A DNA stretch of 43,771 bases from a virus: the IMG/VR virus record IMGVR_UViG_3300006030_000040; one strand, 5' to 3'. The position numbers and the translations under genes are program-made. Positions 16,029-24,671 of the stretch are shown one piece after another. Every line of letters begins with the position of its first letter. Within the stretch, counting starts at the first letter, position 1. Under the pieces are notes generated by a model that was not told where the DNA came from, ran no database searches, and saw only the letters and a list, made by a program, of their open reading frames with translations.

Positions 16029-16138
16029 TAAAAATGTTACTTGGCGCTTTTCCATGCGCCGAAATAACTGTGGCGTTATTTTTCGTATTCGCCAAACGAA
16101 GCTATGGAAAGCCAATTTATTTATTTAAACACACGAAT

Positions 16139-16552
16139 ATGGCATTCGCACCCGCAAGCCGAGACTGGACTGTCCAAAAGACTCCAGCTAAAGGCTCGAC
16201 TACTTACACTGCTGGGGCATTCATCGCTAACGACGCGACAAACGACGTGATGGTGACTGCAGGTACTCAGCAATACATTCGCGGTATTCTCTTGGAATCC
16301 AAGACGAACGCTGCCGCTACCACCACTTCTTTATCCTTCCAAGCGCCTCTGTCCGCAGAGTCTACGTTCTACGGAGACATGAAGAGTGGGGAAACACTCG
16401 CTGCTACTGATATTGGTAAACCTTTCGACTTCGCAGCCGATGGCCTCACTATCAGCACCACGACAACTTACAAACCTGTGACTTTGGTTAAATTTATCTC
16501 CACCACAAAGGGAGTTTTCAAATTGAACCTTACTACTGGTATCGAAAATTAA
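16139..16552 (+). CDS. Putative capsid decoration / cement protein (137 aa)
   Basis: ORF immediately upstream of the major capsid gene, Thr/Ala-rich and beta-rich in appearance. I used the start at MAFAPAS (16139) rather than 16034. The function is inferred from position only. Confidence 0.55.
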   Translation: MAFAPASRDWTVQKTPAKGSTTYTAGAFIANDATNDVMVTAGTQQYIRGILLESKTNAAATTTSLSFQAPLSAESTFYGDMKSGETLAATDIGKPFDFAADGLTISTTTTYKPVTLVKFISTTKGVFKLNLTTGIEN

Positions 16553-16576
16553 TTTATCACTTAAACTCAAAATTAT

Positions 16577-17599
16577 ATGGCTGGTACTACATTAATCAGT
16601 AGCCTGACCTTCACACAGTTTGCAGATACGACAGCTCGTATCTTCTACGGTGGAAAAGACCTCCCACAAGTTCGGGATCTTTCTGAGGCTATGTCCCTCA
16701 CGATGGTAGACTACATTCCAAAGCAAACAGGTGAACAAAAAGTTTACGACGAAATCGACGGAGAAACTTACGCACGCTACAAAGCTCAAGGAGCTGACGC
16801 GTCTAAGACTCAAGTTATCGCTGGATACTCCAAGACGATGACTGTACGCCGTTTCGCTGCTGAAATCGACATCACTCAAGAAGCTCGCGACTACGGTAAA
16901 GAAGCTGAGGTTGTACGCAAACTCACTTCTCTTGCTACGTTCTGTCCTCAACGTATGGCCCTCGACCTTACGCACCGCTTTACTTTCGCCGCTGCCACTT
17001 CCTACACGGACATGGACGGAGAAAGTGTTGACGTGTCTATGGGAGATGCGCTTGCGCTCTTGTCTGCTTCCCACACGTTGACTGGTACTTCTAGTACTTA
17101 CTCAACTATCGTCACCGGGAACCCTCAATTCTCCCAAGGGGGATTTGAAGTCGCTCGTCTTCAAGCTAACACTCAAATATTGAACAACTTTGGAGAACGT
17201 CGTGTTCTCATGTTCAATACCGTAGTTACTGGAGATGACCCTTCTACCCTTCGTGAAGTTAAACAACTTCTGAACTCCACCGCTGACGTAGATGCTGCTC
17301 AAAGCGGTATCTCCAACGTCTACGCTGGACAATTCCGTCACGTTGTTCTTCCTCGCATGGCTTCGACTGCTACTGGTGCTTACGATTCTACGAAAGCTAA
17401 ATACTGGTTCTACGTTGCTGATGGAGAATTCGAATTCCACCTTGGAATTTGGGAACAACCACACTTGAAGATGCCTGCACCTTCAAACAATGGTGAAGAT
17501 CCACATAACGACAACTGGACCTTTGGTGCCCGTGTTGGATATGGAATCTGTATCCCTTCTCCAAAAGGAGCGCTCGGGTCAACAGGTTTGGGAGCATAA
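16577..17599 (+). CDS. Major capsid protein (HK97-fold type)
   Basis: 340 aa, positioned after the scaffold and decoration genes, followed by a hairpin. Composition and length are typical of HK97-like capsid proteins. No search was run. Confidence 0.8.
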   Translation: MAGTTLISSLTFTQFADTTARIFYGGKDLPQVRDLSEAMSLTMVDYIPKQTGEQKVYDEIDGETYARYKAQGADASKTQVIAGYSKTMTVRRFAAEIDITQEARDYGKEAEVVRKLTSLATFCPQRMALDLTHRFTFAAATSYTDMDGESVDVSMGDALALLSASHTLTGTSSTYSTIVTGNPQFSQGGFEVARLQANTQILNNFGERRVLMFNTVVTGDDPSTLREVKQLLNSTADVDAAQSGISNVYAGQFRHVVLPRMASTATGAYDSTKAKYWFYVADGEFEFHLGIWEQPHLKMPAPSNNGEDPHNDNWTFGARVGYGICIPSPKGALGSTGLGA

Positions 17600-17678
17600 C
17601 TTTTAATTCAAATTGTCTATTCTAGTAACCCGTAAGGGTGAGGAGGTAGGAGGGGAATAGCCAACTAACTAACATAAT

Positions 17679-18677
17679 ATGGGATATAACCAAAATTCTG
17701 GCTACGGCATGGCGCTTCTGAACGCTGTACATAGCGCAGTTCCAACCTTCGGGAATGTGTTTGTGGTCATGGACCCAGACGACACCGATGAGGAGAATTA
17801 CCAACGTCTTCAAGATGTAATGCGTGTAGACCCTCGTGGGAAGGTCCGCTTCTTCACAAGTCTTTCTAGCGCTTATGACGCAACTGAAAGCAATAACAAC
17901 GACGTGATCGTTCTTGACGGTAACTCTACCCATGAACTCTCATCCATGCTCACTGTTTCCAAGAATCGTGTGCATTTTGTAGGTCTTGACTGGCTCCTTG
18001 GAATCCGTCGCCGTTATGGGCAGTCTTCCAAGGTAAACCTTGGAGTGACCACGGCTGCTACCGACATCGCAACGCTTAAGGTTACTGGGGTACGCTGTTC
18101 TTTCCGAGGGATTAAATTCACAAACGCAAACACTGTTACTGAAGGCATTTACTGTGTGGCAGATGGTGGTGAATATACTTATTTCGAGAATTGCGAAATG
18201 TATAAATCCACTGATCTTGATCAAACTGGAGCTGCTGAACTTGTAGCTAACGGAGACAGTTCTCACTATAAGGACTGTTACATCGGATCTACTGTAGACG
18301 CAATCTCTGGGGCGATTATCCGTCCTTGTGTGCTTATGACTGCCTCTATTGTCGGTACAGCACGTGACAATACCTTTGAAGGTTGTATCTTCGCACGTAA
18401 GTGTGGGAATACAGCTAATCGGTTTGTATATGGTGCTGGCGATATTGCAGAACGCATGATGTTGTTCAAAGGATGTACCTTCTGGGCTGCAGCTCTTTCA
18501 ACAGCTGTTCCTGCACAGAATGTGGCGTTCTCTGTTTCACAGACTGTAGGCTCTATATTGCTAGACAACTGTGTATCTATCAACGCTGGTACGGCTATGT
18601 CCACAACTACCGGAGTGTTTGTGAACGGTCCAGTCCCTGCTGCCGATACGGTAGGTATCGCATTACAAGCTTCTTAA
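17679..18677 (+). CDS. Right-handed parallel beta-helix (pectate-lyase-like) structural protein
   Basis: Periodic motifs FRGIKFTN, YFENCEMY, HYKDCYIG, TFEGCIFA, LFKGCTFW and LLDNCVSI, spaced about 20-55 aa apart, are typical of PbH1 repeats. Confidence 0.65.
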   Translation: MGYNQNSGYGMALLNAVHSAVPTFGNVFVVMDPDDTDEENYQRLQDVMRVDPRGKVRFFTSLSSAYDATESNNNDVIVLDGNSTHELSSMLTVSKNRVHFVGLDWLLGIRRRYGQSSKVNLGVTTAATDIATLKVTGVRCSFRGIKFTNANTVTEGIYCVADGGEYTYFENCEMYKSTDLDQTGAAELVANGDSSHYKDCYIGSTVDAISGAIIRPCVLMTASIVGTARDNTFEGCIFARKCGNTANRFVYGAGDIAERMMLFKGCTFWAAALSTAVPAQNVAFSVSQTVGSILLDNCVSINAGTAMSTTTGVFVNGPVPAADTVGIALQAS

Positions 18678-18689
18678 TCTTCTTAATGT

Positions 18690-18929
18690 ATGGCACGAAC
18701 TTTAAAAAATGCTGACGTGGTTACGGAAGAGGTTGTAGAGGAGCAGGTGGCTGAAGTCGTAGAGGAGCAGGTGGCTGAAGTCGTAGAGGAGGCGAAAGTC
18801 TTCCCCTACGTTCTAAAACACCCTGATTACCTCATGAAGCTCACTGTAGTCGCTGAAAGTATAGACGCAGGCGGGCGAACTGTCCTGCATACGGCTGATG
18901 GATGCACTTATAGCGCTCCAAAAGCTTAG
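18690..18929 (+). CDS. Small acidic protein (79 aa) with an internal tandem repeat
   Basis: The ORF contains VEEQVAEV twice, encoded by the 24-bp tandem repeat. Confidence 0.6.
   Translation: MARTLKNADVVTEEVVEEQVAEVVEEQVAEVVEEAKVFPYVLKHPDYLMKLTVVAESIDAGGRTVLHTADGCTYSAPKA
18735..18791 (+). repeat. 24-bp tandem repeat, about 2.4 copies (GTAGAGGAGCAGGTGGCTGAAGTC)
   Basis: Two perfect units (18735-18758 and 18759-18782) plus a 9-nt partial third unit, all in frame. Confidence 0.9.
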
Positions 18930-18944
18930 TCCTCATTTAGGGGA

Positions 18945-18968
18945 GGGGGCCAAGGCAACTTGGCTCCC
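18945..18968 (+). terminator. Strong GC-rich hairpin with a GCAA tetraloop after the capsid gene block
   Basis: GGGGGCCAAG-GCAA-CTTGGCTCCC forms a 10-bp stem with one G.U pair. There is no adjacent T-run, so it may be a processing or stability element rather than an intrinsic terminator. Confidence 0.5.
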
Positions 18969-19006
18969 CAATAATGGGGATTAAATAATCTTTAATCACA
19001 AAATAT

Positions 19007-20233
19007 ATGTCAGGACCAATGTTAAGACACCAAGCGGACGTTTCCGCTCCAGTGCCTATGCCAGTAGATCGAGTAGATGACAGCTCAGTTTCTAATACTT
19101 CAAGTGCTGAAACGGTAGTTTGGTACTATGTAACTTCAAGTGCTTGGGCTGCCGCAGTAGGTCAGGCCGCAGGCACTATCTGTACTGCTAAACTCACTTA
19201 TTCAGGAGTTCTCAATAGTATGGGAACCGCAGTTGGAAGTTATAACGATACCTCGCTTTCTTTCGCTGCCGCTACTCGTGCAGCGCAAAAGGTGAGCATT
19301 CCTGAAGACGTGTTCTCAAGAATGGTATTCATGTCTCCAACAGATCAGAAGGCAACAGTTACGCTGTACCTTACTACGGCAGGAGATTACGCAATCGACC
19401 ATCGAAGAGGACAAATTTGGCTCAATTCTAAGGCTACCGTTGCGAATGACTCAGCTACTTATCAATATGCCACGCCGTTATCAGGCGGTTCGACTGGAGA
19501 CAAGGTGGATGTAATCAAATTTGGTGGCGTTGCCGTTCTTCTTGATGACGCTGCTTTTGGCATAGGGACTTCGCCAGTTCTTCCCGCAGGGTTTCTGGCC
19601 GATGAGACTGGAACGGATTCAGTTAGCGAAGGCGACGTGGGTGCGGCTAGGATTACGCTTGATCGTAAACAGATTAATTCCTCTGAATATTTAGATGACG
19701 CAGCTTTCACGCCAGCTGGATCATCAAGTTATGTAACGGTTCTTGGGGCGATAGCTGATGAAACGGGAGCAGATTCTGTAGACGAAGGAGATGCAGGAGC
19801 TCTTCGTATGACTTTGACTCGGTTCCTTAAAGTATCTCTTGGGGACTTAATTTCTGGAGAAGATCAAACGAACAATCTCATCCAAACCGCTGAAAAGCCT
19901 CTCGCGGTTTCTACTTATGCTCCAGACCAGGATACCTCAGCTGCTGCTGAAGCTTCTTCAGTAACTAAAGCAAGTGCAGGTGTTCTTTATAGCTTTAGTG
20001 CTACAAATTCCAGTGGATCAAATAGGTACTTACAATTCTTCAATTCTACGACTGTGCCCGCTGACGCGACCGTGCCGGTCCTTTCGTTCCTCGTAGCGTC
20101 TGGTGGATCAATACACGAGTCCTTCCCAATGGGAAGGTATTTCTCGACAGGTATTGCTTGGTGCTGGTCCTCTACCGCTGCGACTAAAACTGTCGGATCT
20201 ACGGATGGAATCGCCGATGTCCGATACAAATAA
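19007..20233 (+). CDS. Structural protein (408 aa) with an internal duplicated segment of about 43 aa
   Basis: LLDDAAFGIG...ADETGTDSVSEGDVGAARITLDR (aa 178-220) matches YLDDAAFTPA...ADETGADSVDEGDAGALRMTLTR (aa 228-271). Confidence 0.75.
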   Translation: MSGPMLRHQADVSAPVPMPVDRVDDSSVSNTSSAETVVWYYVTSSAWAAAVGQAAGTICTAKLTYSGVLNSMGTAVGSYNDTSLSFAAATRAAQKVSIPEDVFSRMVFMSPTDQKATVTLYLTTAGDYAIDHRRGQIWLNSKATVANDSATYQYATPLSGGSTGDKVDVIKFGGVAVLLDDAAFGIGTSPVLPAGFLADETGTDSVSEGDVGAARITLDRKQINSSEYLDDAAFTPAGSSSYVTVLGAIADETGADSVDEGDAGALRMTLTRFLKVSLGDLISGEDQTNNLIQTAEKPLAVSTYAPDQDTSAAAEASSVTKASAGVLYSFSATNSSGSNRYLQFFNSTTVPADATVPVLSFLVASGGSIHESFPMGRYFSTGIAWCWSSTAATKTVGSTDGIADVRYK

Positions 20234-20251
20234 TCCTTAACTACTTATTAA

Positions 20252-20734
20252 ATGGGTGCACATTTTCCAGGCTCAGGGTCCATGAGATTGCCAAATTATT
20301 TCACAGTTCTAGCGGATATGACCTCTGCAACGTGGAATACTCAAGCAAAACATGAAATTGCCACTGTTACAGGTGCCGTTCACATGATAGTTATCCCAGA
20401 AATAACAGGGACCCTCACGGATACAGCTGACGGGGCCAGCATGCAACTTGGAGACGAGTTGGTCACGACTTCTCTTATCGCTTCAACACAGTGTGCTGGT
20501 GGTGGTGGGAAAACATTCTCTACTGGTGAAGTTTGGGTAGACAGCAGCGCCTCTGTAGTTCTGACCAAGCGGTCACTCTTTGAACCTTTGGATTTTATCA
20601 TTACCAATGGTTACGATATTGGTTATGAAATAACTGGCGCGGCGCTTACGGGCGGCTCAGTGACTTTCCATGTGTTTTGGGAGCCTATCTCTTCTACTGG
20701 TTCTGTCAGTGCAGGGGCAGGTGGGAATCTTTAA
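20252..20734 (+). CDS. Structural protein (160 aa)
   Basis: ORF in the late array. Confidence 0.7.
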   Translation: MGAHFPGSGSMRLPNYFTVLADMTSATWNTQAKHEIATVTGAVHMIVIPEITGTLTDTADGASMQLGDELVTTSLIASTQCAGGGGKTFSTGEVWVDSSASVVLTKRSLFEPLDFIITNGYDIGYEITGAALTGGSVTFHVFWEPISSTGSVSAGAGGNL

Positions 20735-20743
20735 CTCATTTAA

Positions 20744-21535
20744 ATGGCTTCCTCTTTCCCAGTTCAGGATTTCTACCTCGAAGCCGCCGCTGGCGGTATT
20801 CCTGGGATTTCAGTTGTAAACAAATTTGGTGCGGCCCCTGACGGCGTCCAGACTACAGCAACGGACATTTGGCCATTGGCAAATTCAACCCCAACGCAAC
20901 AAATCTGGCTGGCCCCAACCGCCGCTAGAACCCACGCCATTGTCTCCAGTTCAACTGATGACGATGGTAGCCCAGTTGGAGTCGGAGCTAGGACGATTAG
21001 GATTTGGGGGCTTAAAACGTGGGCACTTGCAGAAACCAGTGAAGACATCACTTTAGACGGTACGACACCAGTTAATACGGCAAACTCTTATGTGATAATC
21101 CACCGAATGAAGGTGCTTACTTCGGGCGCAACAAGCATCAACGTGGGGACGATAAAAGCAACAGCCGCAACTGATACAACCATCAGCTGCCAAATACTGC
21201 CTGGAAACGGGCAGACTCAAATGGCGATTTATGGAATTCCATCTATCCAAACGCTCTACATGACAAATTTCTGGGGGGCGATTGCTAAAGCTGGTGGAGC
21301 CGTGGTGACTATGAATATGGATCTAAGGATCAATGAAAATCCAGACGTACAGACTACTAATTACATCCGAAAGCACTCCCTCGCATTACAGTCTACAGGA
21401 GTTGGCTTCGTAGACTTTCACTTTGGACCTTATCTTAAAGTACCTGGCCCAGCCATTATCAAGTTGCAAGCCATTGGGTCTACTGCTGATATTGATGCAC
21501 AGGCTGGCTTTGACGGATTTTTAAAAACTAATTAA
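20744..21535 (+). CDS. Structural protein (263 aa)
   Basis: ORF in the late array. Confidence 0.7.
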   Translation: MASSFPVQDFYLEAAAGGIPGISVVNKFGAAPDGVQTTATDIWPLANSTPTQQIWLAPTAARTHAIVSSSTDDDGSPVGVGARTIRIWGLKTWALAETSEDITLDGTTPVNTANSYVIIHRMKVLTSGATSINVGTIKATAATDTTISCQILPGNGQTQMAIYGIPSIQTLYMTNFWGAIAKAGGAVVTMNMDLRINENPDVQTTNYIRKHSLALQSTGVGFVDFHFGPYLKVPGPAIIKLQAIGSTADIDAQAGFDGFLKTN

Positions 21536-21545
21536 CTCAATTTTT

Positions 21546-21779
21546 GTGTCAGGAACCTATGAAGTCCATTCGACGATTACCCCGTATACAAAGTATGCGT
21601 GCACAGTTTCTTTTAACGGCAAAGTTGCTGAATATTATGAAATTGAAACAAGCCCGATGAGTCTATTACCTGCCGAGCTTTTTGTGGATATAGCTGAAGA
21701 GGATCTGACTGAAGAACTGATTGTCAGTAAAATTCTGCAACTGGTTGCAGATCAAGATTTAACAAATAATCCTGAATGA
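21546..21779 (+). CDS. Small acidic protein (77 aa, GTG start)
   Basis: ORF that fills the gap. The start codon is uncertain. Confidence 0.5.
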   Translation: MSGTYEVHSTITPYTKYACTVSFNGKVAEYYEIETSPMSLLPAELFVDIAEEDLTEELIVSKILQLVADQDLTNNPE

Positions 21780-21782
21780 AGC

Positions 21783-22574
21783 ATGTCTCGAACTGAAGCA
21801 ACAACCAGGAGCATAGCGACGACAAGAACGGATAGTTCGGCGAGAACTGACCGCGGTGCCTATAGCGTCCCAATTGATCTAATCAATATAGGAGTAAATC
21901 ATTATTGGGATTTTAGAACCGCAAAGCTTGAGACCGACCAACGGTCTGTAGCGGATTTGATCGGGATGAGGGGAATGCAATTCAGGGGCAACAGCTCTCT
22001 CAGCAGCCTTTACCCTTCAGCTGCCTATTTCGCAGACCTTGAGCGGAGTAACAACGATTACTTCGGCACCAGTCCATACCGCCTAGCAACTGCAGTGACG
22101 TCAATTAGCTATTTTGCTTGGATTAAGCGTGAATCTACAGGAGCCATCCATCATATCCTAGCTGACTGGGAAACGTCAGGAAATCAGAGAGGCTCACGTA
22201 TCTATTTGACCAGTGATGTTTTTGAAATGACGATTTCTTCTAATGGGACGAGTAATACAAGCTATACGTCCACAGAGACTTTGACCGATACGGCATCCTG
22301 GCACTGTATAGTCATAACTTATGATACGACGAACAGATGTGTGATGACACTAGATGGCGTTGATCTAACAGTTACTTTAACAGCAGGATCTCACCCATCT
22401 ACGATCAATTCTTCCAACATAGCGAAGCTCATTGGTGCCAATCTTCCGTCAGCGCCAGCTAACTTTTTCGATGGACTGATTGGGATTTGTGGCATTTGTG
22501 TAAATAGAGCGCTTTCGACGTCAGAAAAGGCATCTCTTAGAGATATCACTAACAAGCTAGGATCTTACGTTTAA
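21783..22574 (+). CDS. LamG-like (concanavalin-A-like lectin fold) tail/fibre protein
   Basis: ISYFAWIKRES...RIYLTSD...WHCIVITYDTTNRCVMTLDGVDL follows the laminin-G jelly-roll pattern. The N-terminus is SRTEATTRSIATTRTDSSARTDR. Confidence 0.62.
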   Translation: MSRTEATTRSIATTRTDSSARTDRGAYSVPIDLINIGVNHYWDFRTAKLETDQRSVADLIGMRGMQFRGNSSLSSLYPSAAYFADLERSNNDYFGTSPYRLATAVTSISYFAWIKRESTGAIHHILADWETSGNQRGSRIYLTSDVFEMTISSNGTSNTSYTSTETLTDTASWHCIVITYDTTNRCVMTLDGVDLTVTLTAGSHPSTINSSNIAKLIGANLPSAPANFFDGLIGICGICVNRALSTSEKASLRDITNKLGSYV

Positions 22575-22576
22575 AT

Positions 22577-23176
22577 ATGCAAAGAACTGGAGCAACAGCT
22601 CGAACAATAGCAACAATGCCTACCCTGCAGGACAATTACCCAAGTGAAAATTCAGGTGTTGGGTTTGTAGTCAGAAGTGGTTCTGTGCTGGCGTATGGCC
22701 AGACTTTCGTTGCGATAGATGGCTATATCCCGACAGTAGCCTTTTATCTTTCAAAAGTAGGAAGCCCCACGGGCGATATAACTGCTCGGATCTATGCCTT
22801 AACTGGGACTCCTGGCACTAATGGGAAACCAACGGGGTCTCCACTGGCTACGTCGGACGCCATAGACGCCTCTATACTTTCAACTACCGCCAGGAATATT
22901 TACTTCAATTTTATAGGCGCTAATTTGATGGATTTTGCCGCAGGGGGATATTGCGTTTTGGTGACTTACTCAGGAGGAGATTCCTCTAATTACATAAGGG
23001 TGGGACAGGATTCAACCTCAGAAACACACGATGGGAATGGATTCTCCAGCACAAATCTTTCGGCTTGGACCTCCTCAACGAACTACGACATTATTTTCTA
23101 CGTTTATCAATCCGATTCTCCTTCAAGGACTTATGCAACTTCAAGGACGGTAGCTTCTGAAAGGACCTCAGTTTAA
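22577..23176 (+). CDS. Tail/fibre-associated protein (199 aa) with RT-rich termini
   Basis: The N-terminus (QRTGATARTIAT) and C-terminus (SRTYATSRTVASERTSV) resemble the N-terminus of the preceding gene. Confidence 0.65.
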   Translation: MQRTGATARTIATMPTLQDNYPSENSGVGFVVRSGSVLAYGQTFVAIDGYIPTVAFYLSKVGSPTGDITARIYALTGTPGTNGKPTGSPLATSDAIDASILSTTARNIYFNFIGANLMDFAAGGYCVLVTYSGGDSSNYIRVGQDSTSETHDGNGFSSTNLSAWTSSTNYDIIFYVYQSDSPSRTYATSRTVASERTSV

Positions 23177-23186
23177 CCCTACTAAA

Positions 23187-24668
23187 ATGGCAACCGCAAA
23201 AACACTTCAAACACCTAAAATTCTCGCCGTAGATGGCTCTACGATCAGAATCCAACACCCAGACGTCACAAACTACGTCAGGACTTATTTGGCCGCTCAA
23301 ATCGCAGCTTCTGGGACTGCAATGTCTGTTTTAGACAATGACGGTTTCGCTGATGATGATTGGTTTATAATCGGAGAACCTGGAGACGAAAAAACAGAAG
23401 AAAACGACGTCAATGGGGCTGTGACCCGTGGGACCTCAGTGACGGTAACAAACACGCTCAAATTCGCGCATGAAGTAGACGCACCTGTAACAAGGATCTG
23501 GGAGCGCAAGATACTTATCTACGGAGCGTCTAGCGATGGCGGTTCTTTGACGGCTATAGTGGACACTGGGGCTGCTTTGAATATCCAATGGGATAAGCCT
23601 TATACAGAGTATGTGCTTAAGACGACAGACACGGCTTACTCATATTATGTCGTTAAATTCTACGATGGGACTACTTCAAGCTCTGCAAGCGATTATATCG
23701 CAAACTCTGGGCTCCCATATAATTCAGCCTATCAGATTATTAATGCTGCTCTTGAAGATACGGGGGCGAAAGTAGTTGATACTGGAGAAATTACATGGCC
23801 TTTCCTTGTCAATTCAGTGCAAGAAGCTCAGGATTACGTTACTCAATGGATCGACCCACAGACCCAAGTCAAAAAGGATTGGAGTTGGGAATTTATTGAC
23901 GATAATGCCTCGCTGGACTTCATTACTTATGAGAATAGATATGCGCTGTCGTCTCTGACGTATGAAATGAAATACGGGAAGACAAAGCAGAGTATTCTAA
24001 ATGTTATCTCTGGCAAATATCCTACGAAATACGTCCCAATTGACGTGTTTGACCGTCACATGGATGGTAAGATCTACGCTCAAACCAGTGGATCTAATGC
24101 TGCTGGAGCTACGAGCTTGGTTTTAGATGAGGCTGGGATGTTTAGCACATCTGGTGGGTCTGTATATGTCTATGGGCAAACAATTACTTATACAGGAATC
24201 ACGAGTAACACTTTGACTGGGGTGCCTGCTTCGGGAACGGGGTCTATTTCAACTACCATCCCAGCGGGGGCTACTTGCTGGCAAACAAGCTTCTTTGGGC
24301 GGCCTTCACTTTGGTCTATCTACAATGGATATATTGTTTTTGTAAATCCACCAGACAGTTCTTACTCTGGATGGCCGATTAAGGTCCGTTACATCAAAAA
24401 ACTCACCAGAATTACTGAAATTTCAGACACTACAGAGATCCCATTCACTAATGTCCTTCAATACTACGTTTGCTACAAAATAGAAATGAAACGTGGCAAC
24501 GATGGGAAGGCTGCACAGTTTAAATTACTTTGCGATCAAGGGATTCAGTCAAATGCTAAATCTGACAAGTCTTACACAACGGAAGTTTATGAATCTTATC
24601 GTTTTGACCGGGGGATTCTAGAAGATGGAAGGAACCAAAACTGGAATTCAGACGCTTATTACTATTAA
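23187..24668 (+). CDS. Tail structural protein (493 aa)
   Basis: Long ORF in the late array. Confidence 0.75.
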   Translation: MATAKTLQTPKILAVDGSTIRIQHPDVTNYVRTYLAAQIAASGTAMSVLDNDGFADDDWFIIGEPGDEKTEENDVNGAVTRGTSVTVTNTLKFAHEVDAPVTRIWERKILIYGASSDGGSLTAIVDTGAALNIQWDKPYTEYVLKTTDTAYSYYVVKFYDGTTSSSASDYIANSGLPYNSAYQIINAALEDTGAKVVDTGEITWPFLVNSVQEAQDYVTQWIDPQTQVKKDWSWEFIDDNASLDFITYENRYALSSLTYEMKYGKTKQSILNVISGKYPTKYVPIDVFDRHMDGKIYAQTSGSNAAGATSLVLDEAGMFSTSGGSVYVYGQTITYTGITSNTLTGVPASGTGSISTTIPAGATCWQTSFFGRPSLWSIYNGYIVFVNPPDSSYSGWPIKVRYIKKLTRITEISDTTEIPFTNVLQYYVCYKIEMKRGNDGKAAQFKLLCDQGIQSNAKSDKSYTTEVYESYRFDRGILEDGRNQNWNSDAYYY

Positions 24669-24671
24669 TCT

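Noticed and set aside
16034-16138. 5' extension of the decoration-like ORF
   Set aside because: The extension runs through the conserved motif and hairpin leader. The ATG at 16139 gives a compact protein that begins right after the leader.
16592-17597. Three antisense ORFs opposite the capsid gene (16592..17074, 17102..17464, 17397..17597)
   Set aside because: They are nested antisense in the best-supported structural gene, have Ser/Arg-rich composition, and lie against the direction of the arm.
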